Below are positions 16,142 to 20,000 of a DNA stretch of 20,000 nucleotides, piece by piece (position 1 is the first letter of the stretch; each line of letters begins with the position of its first letter). A program made the position numbers and the translations under genes. Where the stretch lies: IMG/VR virus record IMGVR_UViG_3300005683_000013; one strand, written 5' to 3'. Source of the stretch: an uncultured virus (IMG/VR IMGVR_UViG_3300005683_000013) (Duplodnaviria; Heunggongvirae; Uroviricota; Caudoviricetes). The notes below the pieces were generated by a model. The model made no database searches and was not told the origin of the DNA. It was given only the letters and a program-made list of their open reading frames with translations.

Positions 16142-16180
16142 GTTCTAGTATGATATAACAATTTTCACACGTTTACAACC

Positions 16181-18949
16181 TCACTGTAATTTATCAGCGT
16201 CGGCCTTCAGTATGTCAGACAATTGTTGAACCTTTGAAACAACAGACTCATACACTCCGTACGCATCCAAGGGAACAAGCTTCATGTGTGACTCAAATTT
16301 GCCTTGTTTTATTGTATGTGACAAATGTGTCAACAGGTAAATGTTATCGACTGTTGTACCTGTTTGAAAGTCAACAAAAAATTGTTGATTTATGTTCAAT
16401 AGCGGACACCCATAGGTGTTTAAATCAAGTTGCGAAGGAATAATTCGCAACGGAACGCCTCCAGGACCAGAGCCGTTTGGTTCGACGTTATTTTGTCGTC
16501 CAGCAGTTCGCATCATCTGTACGGTTGATAACAACGGAATTTGTTGCGATGCCAGTGTTCCGTTAATCACTGCTGTATTATTTGTGCCATACGTTATTGT
16601 TGGTAACACTGCGCTAATGAAATCTTTAATTTGTTGATTACCACCAAAAGAAACTGAAGTCTTATTTGTTTTTTTGTTCGTAGAAATGTCAAGCCCAAAT
16701 TGCTTAGCAAGCGTTTTCATTTCATTGTCAAGTTTTTGTCGTGTTTCTATTTTGCTTTTGGTCTTTGAACTGTCAATGATGTCCTGTAAAGACGATTGAG
16801 ATTTTATCAAGGCCAAAAAAGGTTCATAAGGTGAAGATTGCTTGTCATAAACATGAATTCTCAAAATATCGGATGAATCTTTGTCATCTTCAATCTCGCC
16901 TGCTGAAAACACTCTTCCACCACGAGTTTCAACATATGCTTCAATGACAGGAAGTCTGAACGAACCACCACCGTTACGAGCAACAGCTTCAGCGATTTTG
17001 TCTTCAATTTTAACTTTTGGATTTGGTTGAGGCTCTGAACTTCCATTTCTAGGAAGGTACGCATCACGTAAACCGTAACCTATTGCAGTTGGATCATTAA
17101 CGAAAGCACCCTGGATTAGCAACACAAACTCGTTAATTGACATGTTCGGGTTACCTCGTTTTCGGGCGTGTTCATCTAAAATTTGTTTGATTCTATTGAT
17201 CTCAATTGGAAATGCACCTATGTTTGTATCACCAGCGAGACCAGCCTGAGAATTCATTTGATAAAACAATATTTGCAATTCATCAACATTTCGAATTGCT
17301 TGAAACGGTTGAATTACAAACGTCATCAATAACTTTGCCAATGAAACAAACTTCTTTGATTTTTTATCACCTGACTTTGGCTTTACACCTATCTCTTTTT
17401 TGATGACCTCACCAAGAGGGTGATTTTCATAAAAAAACAAGAACGGATCATCGCCCTCTTCTAACTCTTTGTATTTTTTTGCAAGTGCAGAATTGACAGT
17501 TTTATTTACGATATCACTTGCACTTTTTGAACCATCATACATTTTTTCAAGAAGTTCTGCAAGTTGACGTGTTGATTCAGAGTTTATCGAACGTGGTTTT
17601 GAACGTAAGTTTTGCAACAGTTGTTTCAATTCGTTTGACTTAAACTCAAATGTTGCTTCGCCACGTTCTGCAGCATCAAGAATTTGATACACTCTTACTT
17701 CTTTACTGATATTTTCAGGTTTTGTGAATCCAGCTTTGTCACGGATTCTTGCGACCATATTTGCTAAATCTTGTAATTCTTTTTGAGCGTTTACGTATTC
17801 ATCGCTTTCAGCAATTTTTAGAACTTGAAGTTCTTGGGTGCCTTTCATGGCGAGTTGCAAAACAACCTTCACTTGACCAACGGCATCAAATGCAAATGAT
17901 GCATTGACTATTCCATATTTTTCATTTTTAATGACAAGTTGATTTAGCAAATCGCCATATGAATTGTTGCTACCAATTTGATCTGGATGTTGCCACCCAT
18001 AAGAAATGCTTAACGTTGTTTGCGTATAAATTTCGGGTCTAACAAGATCTGAAATTTCTGATAATCTTGACCTGTCATGTAACGTAATTGATAGTTTTGC
18101 AGTCTTATAAGAAAACATACCAACAGTTGGTGCCGCCTGAATCTCAAATGATTCAATTGACATAAATGGTCGTGTTGGATCAATCACTGGAACGTATCTT
18201 TTTTGAATCGTTCTTTCAGAAGAAATTGGACTCATTAACGTTTGCGGCGCCGTGAATAATTCCATTCCAGACTTAAAAATTTCTGTCTTACCACCATCTG
18301 CGTTTGTTTGATTGTCGTATTGAGAATTTAACATCGTCTTGTCTGATCCTTCAGGTTTGAATGCTCCATTCAAAAATTTGATCAAAGACGGTGTTGTTGC
18401 ATACGATTCAGAATCGTTTTGTCTTGTCAATTGAAACTTCACTGACAAATATGGAACTGCTCTTGATAATTCTAACGTCGGGATTGCATTCATAAAAATA
18501 GCGACTTTGTTTATATCGCGAACACATTGTGATATAAACGGTGATGCTAATGCAATTACTGCTATTTTTGGTTTTGCGGACGCTTGTGCAGTTCCGACGA
18601 ACCTATTGAAATCTAACGTTTCTTGATATTCGTTTTTAAAGTATTTGTCGTTATCTTTGACTTGATTGACTGCATACACTCTTACGATATCTTCAAAATT
18701 AACGCCGTCAATTCCAGTTCCTTTTGATTTTGCTTCATTGATTTTTTTGACAAGTTCGTCAATTTTTAACAATCCAGATCCTCTGCCATCGCGCGAATCT
18801 ATGATTGTTTTTACAAGCATTTCAATCGCAGGATTTTCAGCAGTCAATGGTGATTTTCCACCTTTAAAGCTTTTTAAAACATATCGTCCCATCAAATCAT
18901 TAGGACGAATGATTCGATAAAACATTTCTAAATCACTGTTTGCAGACAT
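16181..18949 (-). CDS. Large virion protein, probable baseplate hub (gp27/late control D-like C-terminus)
   Basis: 922 aa, downstream of a LysM/tail-X gene. YGW motif and C-terminal GCPLL..QQFFVDF..IYLLTHLSHTIKQGKFESHMKL resemble hub beta-barrel ends. Assignment rests mainly on context. Confidence 0.5.
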   Translation of the reverse strand: MSANSDLEMFYRIIRPNDLMGRYVLKSFKGGKSPLTAENPAIEMLVKTIIDSRDGRGSGLLKIDELVKKINEAKSKGTGIDGVNFEDIVRVYAVNQVKDNDKYFKNEYQETLDFNRFVGTAQASAKPKIAVIALASPFISQCVRDINKVAIFMNAIPTLELSRAVPYLSVKFQLTRQNDSESYATTPSLIKFLNGAFKPEGSDKTMLNSQYDNQTNADGGKTEIFKSGMELFTAPQTLMSPISSERTIQKRYVPVIDPTRPFMSIESFEIQAAPTVGMFSYKTAKLSITLHDRSRLSEISDLVRPEIYTQTTLSISYGWQHPDQIGSNNSYGDLLNQLVIKNEKYGIVNASFAFDAVGQVKVVLQLAMKGTQELQVLKIAESDEYVNAQKELQDLANMVARIRDKAGFTKPENISKEVRVYQILDAAERGEATFEFKSNELKQLLQNLRSKPRSINSESTRQLAELLEKMYDGSKSASDIVNKTVNSALAKKYKELEEGDDPFLFFYENHPLGEVIKKEIGVKPKSGDKKSKKFVSLAKLLMTFVIQPFQAIRNVDELQILFYQMNSQAGLAGDTNIGAFPIEINRIKQILDEHARKRGNPNMSINEFVLLIQGAFVNDPTAIGYGLRDAYLPRNGSSEPQPNPKVKIEDKIAEAVARNGGGSFRLPVIEAYVETRGGRVFSAGEIEDDKDSSDILRIHVYDKQSSPYEPFLALIKSQSSLQDIIDSSKTKSKIETRQKLDNEMKTLAKQFGLDISTNKKTNKTSVSFGGNQQIKDFISAVLPTITYGTNNTAVINGTLASQQIPLLSTVQMMRTAGRQNNVEPNGSGPGGVPLRIIPSQLDLNTYGCPLLNINQQFFVDFQTGTTVDNIYLLTHLSHTIKQGKFESHMKLVPLDAYGVYESVVSKVQQLSDILKADADKLQ

Positions 18950-18957
18950 GTTAATTC

Positions 18958-19251
18958 CTACGCAACTATCTTTGCAACTTCAATGATATCAGGAATGTTT
19001 ATAATAGTTCCTGGTGGAACTTGTAAACACCAGCCAATATCAGATGCTGCGGCAATCACCCACCAATAACGAGAATTCCCGTAATATTTTCCAGCCAATT
19101 GATCTAATCGTTCTGCTTCATGCAATATGACAGTCTTGTATGCAATACGTTTAGATTTTACTGCGTCATGTATTGCAACATGAGTGATAGATGTTCCATA
19201 CTGGTTTCCAAATCCCAATACGGGTGTTCTTTCATACCTTGAAAAAGCCAT
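18958..19251 (-). CDS. LysM/tail-X-like baseplate wedge protein
   Basis: ERLDQLAGKYYGNSRYWWVIAAAS...VPPGTIINIP pattern. Its start overlaps the upstream stop (TAATG). Confidence 0.8.
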   Translation of the reverse strand: MAFSRYERTPVLGFGNQYGTSITHVAIHDAVKSKRIAYKTVILHEAERLDQLAGKYYGNSRYWWVIAAASDIGWCLQVPPGTIINIPDIIEVAKIVA

Positions 19252-20000
19252 TATGATCCCTTACGCGTCAAATATTTTCTAAGATTTTCTTTTTTATCGT
19301 CAAAGTTTTTCAAACCGGTCGTATTTGACTCTGGAGACATTCCTCTGATTACATTTCCAACGTTGTACACTGGTGCTCTATTCATTCCAGAACTATCAAT
19401 ACCTGGTGCAATATCATGAATTGGCGTCAAATTCATCGTAACTTTGCACATTTTTGGTGCTCGACCGACATATGAATCAGTTTCCCAAATCATTCCATCA
19501 AGCCATCCAAAATTTAAACTATCAATTGTGCAAGCAAGTCCCTTACCTGCAACATGCTCAAATGATTTTACAATAGAATTACTCTGTTGATTAAAAAAAT
19601 CTTCAAGTGCCTGTTTTGTATCTTGATCTACATCTTCTATCATTGATGGATCAAGGTATTTTGCAAAATCATTTTTCATCTTTGAAACATCAATTGTTAA
19701 TTGCGATTGATGAACCTTGAACGTTTTGTCACCAACAACAGGATTTGACGTGAATTTTACAATGTACGTATCATTTTCTTCGCCATCACTAATGATTTCT
19801 GCTGGAGCTGACGCGTTCAGTATTAATTGCACAGGTGGTTTGTCGCCAAGATCAACGCCTAACGCTGCTGCAGCCCCAGAAAGTGCCCCTGCAAGTCCTC
19901 CAAGTGATTTTGAAGAAGTTTCTTTATATGATCCAGCAGCAACGATGACTTTAAATCCCTTGTCAAACGAATCTGAATACAGGTCGTAAATACGTTTTAT
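19251..20000 (-). CDS. 3' part of a probable baseplate/tail-tube initiator-like structural protein (5' end outside the window)
   Basis: The frame stays open from 19832 to 20000. C-terminal IDSLNFGW..WET..RAPKMCKVTMNLTPIHD resembles a tube-fold end, and it lies directly upstream of the LysM gene. Confidence 0.5.
   Translation of the reverse strand: MKRIYDLYSDSFDKGFKVIVAAGSYKETSSKSLGGLAGALSGAAAALGVDLGDKPPVQLILNASAPAEIISDGEENDTYIVKFTSNPVVGDKTFKVHQSQLTIDVSKMKNDFAKYLDPSMIEDVDQDTKQALEDFFNQQSNSIVKSFEHVAGKGLACTIDSLNFGWLDGMIWETDSYVGRAPKMCKVTMNLTPIHDIAPGIDSSGMNRAPVYNVGNVIRGMSPESNTTGLKNFDDKKENLRKYLTRKGS

Noticed and set aside
3232..19989. Short plus-strand and alternate-frame ORFs of 60-110 aa inside the large genes
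   Set aside because: They are shadow ORFs overlapping well-supported genes and have no motifs or start signals.

Overview
AT-rich genome segment of a large, tailed, T4-like/jumbo-type bacteriophage, almost entirely on the minus strand. In transcription order (right to left) it holds: the end of a baseplate module, a PolA-like polymerase domain, an HD hydrolase, a gp32-like SSB, RecA/UvsX, dUTPase, a protein kinase-like gene, a 5'-3' (flap) exonuclease, a DnaB/gp41 helicase, class II ribonucleotide reductase (NrdJ), ThyX and the start of a probable dTMP kinase. Three things stand out. (1) Both nrdJ and recA are fractured genes: each is split into two ORFs carrying split-intein halves, with a free-standing Vsr-like (EDxHD-type) homing endonuclease gene between them, and the RecA intein is atypically split with a 15-aa N-fragment. 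(2) The exonuclease gene has an in-frame UGA plus one extra codon inside its first catalytic motif, directly after a perfect 14-bp GC-rich stem-loop, which suggests programmed 6-nt ribosomal bypassing. (3) Four unrelated genes share an N-terminal L/I-x-E-rich leader and an upstream ATATTTA motif, consistent with a late regulon of capsid-packaged effectors that includes the kinase. All calls come from reading motifs by eye; no database searches were run.
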